The position numbers and the translations under genes are program-made. Shown here piece after piece: positions 37,446 through 47,368 of a stretch of DNA of 64,000 nt. Where the stretch lies: the NCBI GenBank assembly GCA_963712745.1, contig CAVQJC010000015.1, forward strand, positions 96,001 through 160,000, in the 5' to 3' direction. The notes below the pieces were generated by a model that was not told where the DNA came from, did not search any database, and saw only the letters and a program-made list of their open reading frames with translations. The DNA is from an uncultured Chloroflexia bacterium. GTDB lineage: Bacteria; Chloroflexota; Limnocylindria; Limnocylindrales; CSP1-4. The stretch's first letter is position 1; the number at the start of each line of letters is the position of its first letter.

Positions 37446-38324
37446 TCAGCGGCGGCGCGGGTCCTCGGCAACGAGCCAGCGTGTCCAGCTGAAAGCGCGT
37501 TCGAAGCCAAGCCTGGTATAGACCGCCAGCGCCGCGTCGTTGTCCTCGTGGACCGAGAGCCAGACCACGCGATTGCCAGTGGCCAGTCCGGCTCGCGTCG
37601 CGATGGTGGTGATGAGCGCGCCGAAGCCTCGGCCGCGCCACTCTTCGGCCACGCCGATGCCCTGCAGACCGGCCACACCCTCGCCCTGCGACAGGCGCGC
37701 CACGGCCACCGCTTCGTCGGCCAGCCACACGACCCAGGCACGCAGGCGGCCGGTTTCGAGGGCGTCGGTGAGCGCCCCGCGGCGCCGCTGGGCCTGCTCG
37801 GCGCCGATGCCGAAGATGCGCCGCTCCAGGGCCTCGTGCGTCTCGAGCGTGCGCGGCTGTACGGCCTCGATGCGCAGCCCTGCATCGAGGTGCGGGACCA
37901 CCGAAGCATGGCCGACCCACATCACGGTCTCGCCGAGGACCGGCATCCAGCCCTGCCGTTCGAGCTCGGCCGCGACGTCTCCGTGCAGATCTGGCCAGTC
38001 ACACAGCAGCATCGAGGGCCAACCGCCCGCGTCGAGCATGCGGCTACGCACGGCCGCCAGCGACCCTGGCCACGTGGCCTCATCCCACTGCGGCAGCGCC
38101 GCATACGACAGGTCCGGCCCGGATCCCGGACCCCGCACGAAGGTGACACCGAGGTCGTCATCGACGGTGACCTCGGCACCCTCCTGGCCGGGCAGGCTGA
38201 CGAGGTGCCGCTGGATGGCGGCGAGCTCCTCCGTCGTCGGCGGCTCGACCTTGGGCACGGTCTCCTCGCGTGGGCGGGCGCTCTTCGGCCTGCGGATGGG
38301 CGAGTCGGGACGCAGCTCGCTCAT
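37446..38324 (-). CDS. GNAT family N-acetyltransferase
   Basis: IGVAEEWRGRGFG, LSVHEDNDAALAVYTRLGF. Confidence 0.9.
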   Translation of the reverse strand: MSELRPDSPIRRPKSARPREETVPKVEPPTTEELAAIQRHLVSLPGQEGAEVTVDDDLGVTFVRGPGSGPDLSYAALPQWDEATWPGSLAAVRSRMLDAGGWPSMLLCDWPDLHGDVAAELERQGWMPVLGETVMWVGHASVVPHLDAGLRIEAVQPRTLETHEALERRIFGIGAEQAQRRRGALTDALETGRLRAWVVWLADEAVAVARLSQGEGVAGLQGIGVAEEWRGRGFGALITTIATRAGLATGNRVVWLSVHEDNDAALAVYTRLGFERAFSWTRWLVAEDPRRR

Positions 38325-40246
38325 CAGCCGGCCACCCCGGCGGCTCCGTCAGCTCCCGTCGCACCGGCGGCTCCGTCAGCTCCCGTCGCACCGGCGGCTC
38401 CGTCAGCTCCCGTCGCACCGGCGGCGGCGCTCAGGTCGTCTCCGAGTACCAGGCGCCGACACCACTTGATTGGCGGCGTGCCGTGGCTGATGACAGCCTC
38501 CAGGTGCGCTCGCTGGTCGAAACCGGGTGAGTCGCCCATGCCGCCGCGGATGTGCTGCTCGGGGACGTCCGCCGCCGAGGCCCCGACCCGGGCCGCGGCC
38601 GCTCGGCGGGCCGCCACCTCCAGGTCCCACATCTCGAGTGAGCCCACGAAGTAGGTCGACAGCTGCGTCGAGCTGATCCTTGCGCGCAGCCACTTGCCGC
38701 GTGCCTCGTCCTGCTCCTGCCAGGCACCGTCGACCATCAACGCCAAGGCCTCGTGCTCGGTCATGGCGCCCGTGTGCGTCTCCACGTCCAGGATGGCGTT
38801 GGCTGTCGCCCGCAGGTACATCTTCCAGTGCTGCATGGCGAAGCCCGGGTCGTCGGCCGCGTAGCCTGCGTCGTACATGACCTGGGTCACGTAGACTGCC
38901 CAGCCCTCCGCGAACATGCCGTTGGTGAATATGGTGCGCGCCAGTGAAGAGCAGCGGTTGGAAGCCGCCAGCTGCAGGTAGTGGCCCGGGATGCCCTCGT
39001 GGATGCTGAGGATGCGCAGCGCGGCGTCGTTCTCCTCGCGCAGGTACGAGGCCACCGCATCGGGTCCCTCACTCTCGTCGGGCGGAGTGATCCAGAAGTG
39101 CGACTTCTGACCGCGGTCGAGAGGGCCCGGGCTGTCAAGGAAGGCGCGAGCGGCGGCGCGCAGATAGGCGGGCGTCCAGGTGACAGACAGCGCCTCGTGC
39201 GGCAGGGTGATGAGGCCGCGCTCGCGGCAGAACGCAGCGATCCGTCCGATCTCGGCCTCGCAGTAGCCGAGCAGCCCGTCAGGCGACTGATGCTGCTCGC
39301 CGATAGTGTCCAGGACGCGCCTGACCAGCTCCGACTCAGCGGCCTCGTCTCCAGCCATGATGTTCGGCAGGGCCTCATCCGGGACCCAGGTGGCCCACAG
39401 CTCGCGAGCCAGCCGCACCATCTCCGCGCGGACCGCGTGATAGTCGGCCCAGGCCCGCTCACGCACTTCCTCGGGGGACAGGTCGGAGCCCAGCGTGAAG
39501 CGCAGCTTCGCAGCGTAGAGCTCGCGGCCCAAGCGGCCTTCGCCGGAGGCGTGCGCGCGTATCTCGGTATCAAGCGCTTCGCGGACGGTCTCCAGCGCAT
39601 CAAGGGCACGCTCCGCGGCGGCCTCGATGGGCTCTACCAGACTCGGCGCCTCTCCTGCTTCCGCCCGCCTGCGCGCCTCCGCCACTGCTTCCTCGACGAG
39701 CTCGGTCACGCCCGGCAGCTGTGCCAGTGCCGTGTCCAGCTGCAGCAAGCCCACCGGTCGATCGGGCAGGCCGGTCAATCCGGCCAGCGCGTCCTTGGTG
39801 AGCGCGGACAGGCCTTCGATGCGAGCGAGCAGCGAGACCCCCCGCTCCGACCAGGGCGCGTACTCGCGCGAGAGCAGGCCGAACAACCCACCGCCGATGA
39901 GGTAGACGAGCTCAAGCGGGTCCCACGCCTCCGCTCGCAGGACCTGCTCGCTGAAGACTACCTTGTCGAGCTCCTCGAGCAGGATGTGCCGGTCGACGCA
40001 CTCATCGGTCGAGAGCTCGGCGTCGCCGAACGCCTCGAGGCGCTCCCGGTGGCGCGCGAACGTGGCCAGGCGTCGGGCACGACCCTCTTCGCTGAGGTCG
40101 GGCCAGCGGTCATCGACTCGGTGATAGCCGGTCATCGTGCCCCAGGTCGGATAGGCCTCCAAGAGATCGACGATGAACTCGACGGCGACCCGCTCGAAGG
40201 CAGTACGGGGCTCGGGTAGCCCGTCGGGGCGCAGGGTGACGGTCAC
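38324..40246 (-). CDS. DUF885 domain protein (putative metallopeptidase-like)
   Basis: HEGIPGHYLQ, FAEGWAVY, TQLSTYFVG; GGAGG RBS before GTG at 40246. Confidence 0.9.
   Translation of the reverse strand: MTVTLRPDGLPEPRTAFERVAVEFIVDLLEAYPTWGTMTGYHRVDDRWPDLSEEGRARRLATFARHRERLEAFGDAELSTDECVDRHILLEELDKVVFSEQVLRAEAWDPLELVYLIGGGLFGLLSREYAPWSERGVSLLARIEGLSALTKDALAGLTGLPDRPVGLLQLDTALAQLPGVTELVEEAVAEARRRAEAGEAPSLVEPIEAAAERALDALETVREALDTEIRAHASGEGRLGRELYAAKLRFTLGSDLSPEEVRERAWADYHAVRAEMVRLARELWATWVPDEALPNIMAGDEAAESELVRRVLDTIGEQHQSPDGLLGYCEAEIGRIAAFCRERGLITLPHEALSVTWTPAYLRAAARAFLDSPGPLDRGQKSHFWITPPDESEGPDAVASYLREENDAALRILSIHEGIPGHYLQLAASNRCSSLARTIFTNGMFAEGWAVYVTQVMYDAGYAADDPGFAMQHWKMYLRATANAILDVETHTGAMTEHEALALMVDGAWQEQDEARGKWLRARISSTQLSTYFVGSLEMWDLEVAARRAAAARVGASAADVPEQHIRGGMGDSPGFDQRAHLEAVISHGTPPIKWCRRLVLGDDLSAAAGATGADGAAGATGADGAAGATGADGAAGVAG
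38337..38425. repeat. 27-bp tandem repeat x3 at the DUF885 3' end
   Basis: CCGGCGGCTCCGTCAGCTCCCGTCGCA x3 plus a partial copy; encodes GATGADGAA repeats. Confidence 0.92.
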
Positions 40247-40385
40247 TGACCCTCCATGGCGTGCGGTTTCGACGGACGGACCGTCCGATGTGGCGCTCGA
40301 GGGCATCCTACGTCCACTCGCCTGGCTTGGCCGCGCCACCTCGATGCGAGGACGTCGGGCGCAGGCGGGGTACCCTTGGCAGTAG

Positions 40386-42389
40386 ATGGCCGACACCCCT
40401 TCCAGCTCCCCGTCCCGCCGGGCATTCGCCGACCGCCTCACGGAACGGCCACTGCTGCTCGACGGCGCCATGGGCACGCTGCTGTTCAGCCGTGGCACAC
40501 CCCAGCGCGCCTCGCTGGACGAGCTCGTCATCAGCCGCCCCGAGGTGGTTGGCGCCGTCCACCGCGAGTACATCGCCGCAGGCGCCGACATCATCGAGAC
40601 CAACTCCTTCACGGCCAATCGCCACCACCTCTCGCAGCTGGGTCTGGCCGACCGCACCGCGCACATCAACCGCCGGGCCGCGCAGCTCGCTCGCGAGGCG
40701 CGTGAGGTAGCCGGGCGGGACGTGCTGGTGGCAGGCTCGATCGGGCCCGTCAGCTCGCCGCTCCACGGCCCCGGCCATGTCTCGCCGCAGGTTGCGGCCG
40801 AGAGCGTGACCGAGCAGCTCGAGTCGCTGCTGGAGGGCGGTATCGACATCGTGCAGCTCGAGACCGCGAGCGACCTGGCCCACCTGCTGGCCTCGATCGA
40901 AGCCGCGCGCCGGCTCTCGGACCTGCCCATCGTGGCCTCGATGACGTTCGGAGAGGACCTCAACGCCGCCGACGGCACCGACCCGGTAGCGGCCGCTCGG
41001 GCGCTCCACGAGGCCGGCGTGGACGTCATCGGCGTGAACTGCGGCTCGGGACCCATCGCGGGCATCGACGTGCTGGAGCGGATGGGCCCGGTGGCCGGTG
41101 GCGTGCCGCTGCTGATCATGCCCAATGCCGGTCTGTCGGGACGCGTCGGCGGCGAATTCGTGTGGGCAGCCGAGCCGGCCTACTTCGCCGACGAAGTGCC
41201 GTTATTCGTGGCTGCCGGCGCCCGCCTCATCGGCGGCTGTTGTGGCACCACGCCGGAGCACGTGGCGGCGATGCGCCAGGCGCTTGACCGGGAGCGAGCC
41301 CGCCACTCCAGCACGTCCGTCCCGCCCACCGCAGCCGCCGCTTCACCGACCGCCACGACCTCGACCGCTGAACGCCCACGCTCCTCCGGCGATGACAGGT
41401 CCGGCACTGCCTCGGAGGCTCCGCCACCGACCGGGCTCGCTCGCAAACTGGCCGAGGGACGCTTCGTCGTCAGCGTCGAGATCGACCCGCCGCGCTCGGT
41501 GCGCATCGAGCGCACCCTTGGGTCGGCCGAACTCATCCGCGACGCGGGCGCCGACCTGGTCAACATCAGCGATAGCGCCATGGCCCGCGTGCGCATGGGG
41601 GCCATGTCCGTGGGCTTCGCTGTGCAGCGCGACCTGGGCCTCGAGGCGCTCATCCACTTCACCACCCGCGACCGCAACCTCATGGCCCTCGAATCGGAGC
41701 TGCTGGGAGCGCACGCCCTGGGTATCCGCGACATCCTGGCCTTGACCGGCGACCCGCCGCGTGTCGGCGACTACCCCGGCGGCACCGGCATCTGGGACAT
41801 CGACAGCATCGGGCTCATCGGCATCCTGGGCCGGCTCAACCGTGGAGAGGACCAGGCCGGGCGACCCATCGGCGCGCCGGCCGGATTCACCATCGCCTGC
41901 GCCCTCGACCCCACCGCCGAGAATCTCGAACGAGAGCTGGACCGCCTGGCCGGCAAGATCGAAGCCGGCGCCCATCTCATCATGACCCAGCCCATCTACG
42001 CGACTGAGCAGTGGGACCGTTTCATGGAGCGGGCGAGCGTGCGCTGGGGTGACCGCCTGCCGCTGCCGGTGCTCTTCGGGGTCCTGCCGCTACACACCGC
42101 CCGTCACGCCGAGTTCCTTCACCACGAGGTCCCCGGCATCACCATCCCCGAGGACGTCCGCGCGGCCATGCACGCAGCCGGCGAGCGCAGTGCAGAGGTC
42201 GGGCTGGAGCGATCGCTCGAGCTGCTGGGGCAGATGCGCCCGCACGTCGACGGCACGTACATCATGCCCAGCTTCGGCCGATACGAGCAGTCTGCGGAGC
42301 TGGTGCGCCGGGTGCGCGCCGAACTCCCCGGCGGGGGCACCCGATGGCCCGCGGACGCGGCCAACGGGCCCATGGTCGACGCGACATGA
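40386..42389 (+). CDS. yitJ: Bifunctional homocysteine S-methyltransferase / methylenetetrahydrofolate reductase
   Basis: LLDGAMGT, GVNC, IGGCCGTTPEH, then VEIDPPR, TRDRNL, ALTGDPP, MTQPIY. Confidence 0.92.
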   Translation: MADTPSSSPSRRAFADRLTERPLLLDGAMGTLLFSRGTPQRASLDELVISRPEVVGAVHREYIAAGADIIETNSFTANRHHLSQLGLADRTAHINRRAAQLAREAREVAGRDVLVAGSIGPVSSPLHGPGHVSPQVAAESVTEQLESLLEGGIDIVQLETASDLAHLLASIEAARRLSDLPIVASMTFGEDLNAADGTDPVAAARALHEAGVDVIGVNCGSGPIAGIDVLERMGPVAGGVPLLIMPNAGLSGRVGGEFVWAAEPAYFADEVPLFVAAGARLIGGCCGTTPEHVAAMRQALDRERARHSSTSVPPTAAAASPTATTSTAERPRSSGDDRSGTASEAPPPTGLARKLAEGRFVVSVEIDPPRSVRIERTLGSAELIRDAGADLVNISDSAMARVRMGAMSVGFAVQRDLGLEALIHFTTRDRNLMALESELLGAHALGIRDILALTGDPPRVGDYPGGTGIWDIDSIGLIGILGRLNRGEDQAGRPIGAPAGFTIACALDPTAENLERELDRLAGKIEAGAHLIMTQPIYATEQWDRFMERASVRWGDRLPLPVLFGVLPLHTARHAEFLHHEVPGITIPEDVRAAMHAAGERSAEVGLERSLELLGQMRPHVDGTYIMPSFGRYEQSAELVRRVRAELPGGGTRWPADAANGPMVDAT

Positions 42390-42417
42390 GATCCCGCATG
42401 AGCGCGGGCCCTCGGGC

Positions 42418-44733
42418 ATGATGCCGGTCATAGCGACATCGAAAGGGGCCCGCGCGATCGGGGTCCGCCGCACGCTGCCAGCCGCCCTGCTGTGGGCGTT
42501 CGTGGCGCTGCTCACGCTGGCCCCGCTGGCCGGGGCCCAGGATGCCGGCAAGTACGTCGAACGCCAGGGTGACCAGCACGTCTACGACGGGGCCAAGCTG
42601 ATCGACGATATCAACCAGTCGACCATCGAGGAAGACCTGGTCGCCTTCGCCGAGGAGACCGGCATCGATCTCGTGGTCTATACGCAGAAGAAGAGCAAGG
42701 TCGGCGCGCGCAAGGACGCCCGGCAGGAAGCAGCCGCACTTCTCGAGGAATGGGGAGTCGGCGGCGAGAGCGGGCAGGGCGCGGTGATGTTCTGGAACGT
42801 CCGCCCCGACGGCGAGATCACGCGTAACGGGATCGCGCTCGGAAGCGCCTTCTCGGCCGGCGATGCCAGGGCCATCGACGAGGCCGTCAACGGCGACATC
42901 CGCTCGGCCCTGCAGGAGGGCGACTGGGTCAGTGCCATCAACGTCGGCATCCTCGATCTTGGGGACCGCCTTGTAGCTGCTCCTGCACCCTCCACCACAC
43001 CGGCCGCCACCCGGCGGCCGACCGCCGCCACCACGAGCCCGGGCACGGGCCCGCTGCGGCCCACGACGACCTCCGGCACCCGACCCACCACGGGCCTTGA
43101 CCCCGATCCAGGGCCACCCTTCCCCGACCCCTTCACGGGCGTGGCGGTCTACGACTACGCCGAGGTCATCAGCCCCGACGTCATCGGTCGCCTGGAGCGC
43201 TCCATCGATGCTATCGAAGAGCGCACCGCGGCCGAGATCGTCATCTACACGCAGGTGAAACCGGATGCGAATGACCCGGCCAGCACCGAGCGGGATGCCA
43301 TCGCGCTCATCGACCAGTGGGGCGTCGGGCGGGCCGGCTTCGACGACGGCATGGCCATCTTCTTCAACCTCACCAGCGACCTCTGCCACGGGCAGGTCCA
43401 GCTCTACGGCGCGCCCGGCTACCGGGCGGCATACCTCTCGAATACCGAGCGCCAGTCGATCTACGAAGACGTGATGCTGCCGCGCCTGCGGAGCTGCGAC
43501 TTCGATGAAGCCCTCGTCTCGGCCATGGCCGAGCTCGATGCGACCGCCACCGCCGACCACGCTCGGAACCTGCAGGTGGGACGGCAGCTCGATGCGGCAT
43601 CGGGCCTCATCGCCGCCCCGCTGCTGCTCATGGGGCTCATCGGTTGGGCCGGCTGGTCATGGCTGCGATACGGACGTGATCCGGTCTACCTCGACGATGC
43701 GTCGATCCTCATGCCCGCGCCCCCGCCGGGCCTGTCGCCGGCGGCCGCGGCCGTGATCATGGACGGGAGATCCAAGCGGCGGGCTCTGACGACGACACTG
43801 GTGGACCTGGCGGCGCGCGGAGAGATCAGCTTCCGCGCGGCCGAAAACGATCCCGCCGAGCTCTCCATCGACATCACCGTGCCCGACCAGCGTGATGCAC
43901 GGCTGGCTCGCAACCGCCGTCTGCCCCTGGGCCAGGCCGAGAAGTACGCGCTCGATGAGCTCAGGAGACTCGGCGGCGCCAAACGCACCATCGATGCCGA
44001 CGACGTGCCCAAGTTCGCCAAGACCGTGGGTGGCTTCGACGACCGGATCGAGGACACGGTCGCCCAGAACGGCTGGTTCAGCGAGGCTCCGGGCGACTCG
44101 ATCGACCGCTGGTCGCGGCGGGGGGCAGTGGCGCTCATCGGCGGCATCGCAGCCGTGTTCTTCGGTCTCAACCTGCCCAGCAACGGCCTGCTGCTCATCG
44201 GCGTGGCGGCCATCGCCGGCGCGGTGGCCATGTTCGTCATCGCGCGCACCATGCCCCAACGGACGATGGAGGGGGCGCGCATCTACGCGCAACTGGCGGC
44301 GTATCGGCGCACGCTGCAGAAGACGCTGGAGCAGTCGCGCACGATGGAGCAGGTCGTCAGCAGCAAGGCCCTGCCCTGGGTGGAGACGCCGGACCAGGCG
44401 GTCGTCTGGGCCTACGCACTGGGTCTGCACGAGGAGGCCGAGGAGGTCCTCGAACGCTCGATGGAGGACGTGCGCACGGGTGCAGCCTCGCCCACGCGGA
44501 CCTACTTCCCACTCTGGTATGGCATCGGCGCACGCTCGTCTCCACGCATCAGCGGCGGCGGCCGCGCGCCGACCGCAGGCCTCTTCTCGAGCGGCGTGGT
44601 GCCCGACTTCACGAGCATGACTGCGGCGCTGACGACGATCGGCTCCGCGCCCAGCTCGTCGGGTAGCGGCGGGGGTGGCTTCAGCGGTGGCGGCAGCGGT
44701 GGCGGAGGCGGTGGCGCCGGCGGTGGCTTCTAG
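42418..44733 (+). CDS. Membrane protein with tandem TPM domains and a DUF2207-like C-terminus
   Basis: Signal peptide; two VYD.A..I...IV(V/I)YTQ.K...WGVG...G..(M/I)F repeats; PPGLSPA, LVDLAARGEI; YALG; Gly-rich GGGAGGGF end. Confidence 0.85.
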   Translation: MMPVIATSKGARAIGVRRTLPAALLWAFVALLTLAPLAGAQDAGKYVERQGDQHVYDGAKLIDDINQSTIEEDLVAFAEETGIDLVVYTQKKSKVGARKDARQEAAALLEEWGVGGESGQGAVMFWNVRPDGEITRNGIALGSAFSAGDARAIDEAVNGDIRSALQEGDWVSAINVGILDLGDRLVAAPAPSTTPAATRRPTAATTSPGTGPLRPTTTSGTRPTTGLDPDPGPPFPDPFTGVAVYDYAEVISPDVIGRLERSIDAIEERTAAEIVIYTQVKPDANDPASTERDAIALIDQWGVGRAGFDDGMAIFFNLTSDLCHGQVQLYGAPGYRAAYLSNTERQSIYEDVMLPRLRSCDFDEALVSAMAELDATATADHARNLQVGRQLDAASGLIAAPLLLMGLIGWAGWSWLRYGRDPVYLDDASILMPAPPPGLSPAAAAVIMDGRSKRRALTTTLVDLAARGEISFRAAENDPAELSIDITVPDQRDARLARNRRLPLGQAEKYALDELRRLGGAKRTIDADDVPKFAKTVGGFDDRIEDTVAQNGWFSEAPGDSIDRWSRRGAVALIGGIAAVFFGLNLPSNGLLLIGVAAIAGAVAMFVIARTMPQRTMEGARIYAQLAAYRRTLQKTLEQSRTMEQVVSSKALPWVETPDQAVVWAYALGLHEEAEEVLERSMEDVRTGAASPTRTYFPLWYGIGARSSPRISGGGRAPTAGLFSSGVVPDFTSMTAALTTIGSAPSSSGSGGGGFSGGGSGGGGGGAGGGF

Positions 44734-44790
44734 AAGAGGCGCGTGCTCGATGTTTCGGCGCTCGCGCCGCCGGTCGCCTAGTCTGTAGTC

Positions 44791-45120
44791 ATGGGTGCGA
44801 GCGACACGATGGAGATCTTCTTCGAGAAGCTGAACGAGGGTGACCGCCAGGGCGCGGTCGACCTCATGGAGGAGCGCGTCGAGATGCGCGTGCACGTGCG
44901 CGACGGTTCGCGGACCCTGCGCGGCGTGAGCCAGGTCGGCGGCTGGTTCCTGCGCGGGGATACGGGCCTGAAGATGGTGCCCGGCGAGGTGCGCGAGATG
45001 GGCAACACCTACGAGGCCGACCTGCTCGTCCTGCGCCCCGATGCCCCCTCACAGCACATCGACGCCACGTTCCGCGTGGAAGCCGGCAAGATCACCAGCA
45101 TCAACTTCTCGCCGCGCTAG
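44791..45120 (+). CDS. SnoaL/NTF2-like small protein
   Basis: FFEKLNEGD..GA.DL, LRG...V..WF, ATFRVEAGKITSI. Confidence 0.7.
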   Translation: MGASDTMEIFFEKLNEGDRQGAVDLMEERVEMRVHVRDGSRTLRGVSQVGGWFLRGDTGLKMVPGEVREMGNTYEADLLVLRPDAPSQHIDATFRVEAGKITSINFSPR

Positions 45121-46007
45121 CGGCGCTCAGCGGGGCCGCCAGCGGCCGTCGCCCGAACGGACCAGGCGGCCACCGGTCCGGCCACGCCCTTGAGCTCCAG
45201 CTGGCGCTGCTCTGCCCGCTCGAGCGGTTGCCCCAGCTGAGACGCTGCGGCATCGCTCACCAGCAGCTCAGCCGCAGCCGCCGAGGAGCTGATGCGCTCG
45301 GCTACATTGACCACGTCCCCGAGGGCGGTGAAGTCCGTGGGCTGGCCCGGCTGGCCCACGATGCCGACGTAGGCTTCGCCCAGATGCACTCCGATGCCGA
45401 CCGGCAGCGGGCGCTCACCCGGCGGCAGGTCGGGATGATCGGCGACCTGGTCCATGATGCGCCGTGCGGCAGTGACTGCCACGTCTGCCGCCTCGCCGTC
45501 CACGAAACCTCTGATGAACAGGGCTAGCACGCCGTCGCCAAGGTACTTGTCGACGATCCCACCCGAGCCTTGCACCGCCGCAGCCACGATGCCGTAGAAG
45601 ACGTTGAGCAGGTTCCGGTACTCCCCCGGCTTCATGCGTGCTGCGATCTGCGTGGAGCCGCGGAGGTCCGCGAACATCACCGCCAGGTCCACTTCGGCCC
45701 CACCCTGCGTCTTCCTCATCGCGTCCATGCACTTGCCGCAGAGGCTGGGGTTGTCCTCCCAGGGGCCATAGCCGAGGCGTCTCACGAACGGTCCGAACGG
45801 TCGGCCGTACGGCGCGTAGCACCACTTGCAGCGCGGCTCGGAGGGCAGGTGACGGAAGAGGGCCCGACCAACGCGGGACAGCGGCTCCAGCTGAGCGCGG
45901 CCCGTCAGCAGATCCCGCCAGTACTGCTCGACTTCGGGATCCTGGTCGACAGCGGGGGCGCGCGAGGGGTCGTCTGTCCGGTCTGTCAGCGGGGGGACGT
46001 CGGGCAC
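45117..46007 (-). CDS. Class III adenylate/guanylate cyclase with an N-terminal CxxC...CxxC region
   Basis: FADLRGST, VDKYLGDG, GIGVHLG, FTALGDVVNVAERI; CKWC...LCGKC. Confidence 0.9.
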   Translation of the reverse strand: MPDVPPLTDRTDDPSRAPAVDQDPEVEQYWRDLLTGRAQLEPLSRVGRALFRHLPSEPRCKWCYAPYGRPFGPFVRRLGYGPWEDNPSLCGKCMDAMRKTQGGAEVDLAVMFADLRGSTQIAARMKPGEYRNLLNVFYGIVAAAVQGSGGIVDKYLGDGVLALFIRGFVDGEAADVAVTAARRIMDQVADHPDLPPGERPLPVGIGVHLGEAYVGIVGQPGQPTDFTALGDVVNVAERISSSAAAAELLVSDAAASQLGQPLERAEQRQLELKGVAGPVAAWSVRATAAGGPAERR

Positions 46008-46044
46008 GAGCGCATCATGCCATCGCTTGCCTGACGGGGAAAGC

Positions 46045-47184
46045 CTACGGTTCGGGCGTGGCGTTGCGCCAGTTCGGAGGGCAGCTGAAGCCCTCGGGCG
46101 GGATCTCATAGCGTGCGCCGAGCTGCACGATGTTCTTGTTGACGATGCCGTTGAGGCACTGGAGGTGGGCGGGCTTGACCTCGAACTTGGCCGCGATAGC
46201 GCTGAGCGTGTCGCCGGCTTTGACCTTGTAGAACCGGCGCTTGGGCTCTTCGGTCTGACCAGGCTCCTCGCTGGGGGCCGGCGTGACCACCGGCGCACGG
46301 GTGGTAGTGGGGACCACCAAGGCCGCTGGCTCAGGAGAGGTCGCGGCCGAGGGCCCACCGTCGTCGCCACCGCCGAGCTGGGTCGCCACGAGGAAGACGA
46401 CGATGGAGACCACCAAGAGCCCCAGAACACCGAGCAGGATCGGCGGCGTGATGCCGTGGCGGCGGCTGACCAGCGGCTCGTGGGCGGGCGGATCGGCATA
46501 GAACCACTCGCCCGAACCACGCGACCGGATGGGATCGAGGGGAGGCTTGCGGCGGCGCATCGGCAGCGCGGCCGGGACCTTCGGTGCCTGCGTCGATTCC
46601 TCGCCGCCGGCCGGGTCGGGCTCTTCATCGGCCTCTTCGTCGGGCTCGTCCTCGATGGCCTCGAGCTCGGCAGCCTCTATCTCCGCGCGCTCATCCCAGG
46701 GCACCTCAGCCCAGGCAGAGGCGGAGACCCAGTCGAGCCGCTCGGTCGCGCCCACCTGCTCGGTTGCGGCCGGATCGGTCGGCCCGAACAGGCCGTCCTC
46801 GGGGGTCGGCTCGGGCAACGAGTCATCCCCATCGCCGGCCGCTGCGTGGTCGACGCTTGCCTCGTCCACGGCTGCAGCGTCCGGGTCGTGAGTCCCCTCG
46901 GGTGCCGCGATGCCGGAGCCCCAGGCTTTCTTCGCGGCCTCGGTCACATAGGCTGGCTCGGCAGCGTTGCGCGCGGCCCAGGCAAGGAACACCGAGCATC
47001 TTGCGAAGTCGGCGGAGTAACAGAACTCGGACTGGTAGACGAGGTCGCGGCGGCGGGGAGCCTTCTCCGCGTAGCAGCGGTTGTCCTCGTCGGGTGCGTC
47101 GGCACGTCGATCGCGATCCTCGGCGAGCGCAACGAAGGGGCAGACCGAGGGGCCGGCACCTGAGAGAGGACGCGATCCAGTCAC
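46045..47184 (-). CDS. LysM domain membrane protein with an N-terminal Cys-rich domain
   Basis: CPFV...NRC...QSEFC...ARC; acidic linker; one TM helix; YKVKAGDTLSAIAAKF LysM. Confidence 0.85.
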   Translation of the reverse strand: MTGSRPLSGAGPSVCPFVALAEDRDRRADAPDEDNRCYAEKAPRRRDLVYQSEFCYSADFARCSVFLAWAARNAAEPAYVTEAAKKAWGSGIAAPEGTHDPDAAAVDEASVDHAAAGDGDDSLPEPTPEDGLFGPTDPAATEQVGATERLDWVSASAWAEVPWDERAEIEAAELEAIEDEPDEEADEEPDPAGGEESTQAPKVPAALPMRRRKPPLDPIRSRGSGEWFYADPPAHEPLVSRRHGITPPILLGVLGLLVVSIVVFLVATQLGGGDDGGPSAATSPEPAALVVPTTTRAPVVTPAPSEEPGQTEEPKRRFYKVKAGDTLSAIAAKFEVKPAHLQCLNGIVNKNIVQLGARYEIPPEGFSCPPNWRNATPEP

Positions 47185-47368
47185 CGCTCGATGATACGGC
47201 CGAGCCCCGTCTTGGGCCGCCGCGGGCGGCCAGGCTCGCGGCCGTCGCAGGGGACAAGCTGGCAGGTCGTTGCGGCCGGAGCAGACGAAGAAGCGGTGAG
47301 CCCCTGGGCAGTGGGGCCCACCGCGTGAGGGCGAGGAGGCGGCCGGCAGCCGGCAGCAGCCGCCCGAT

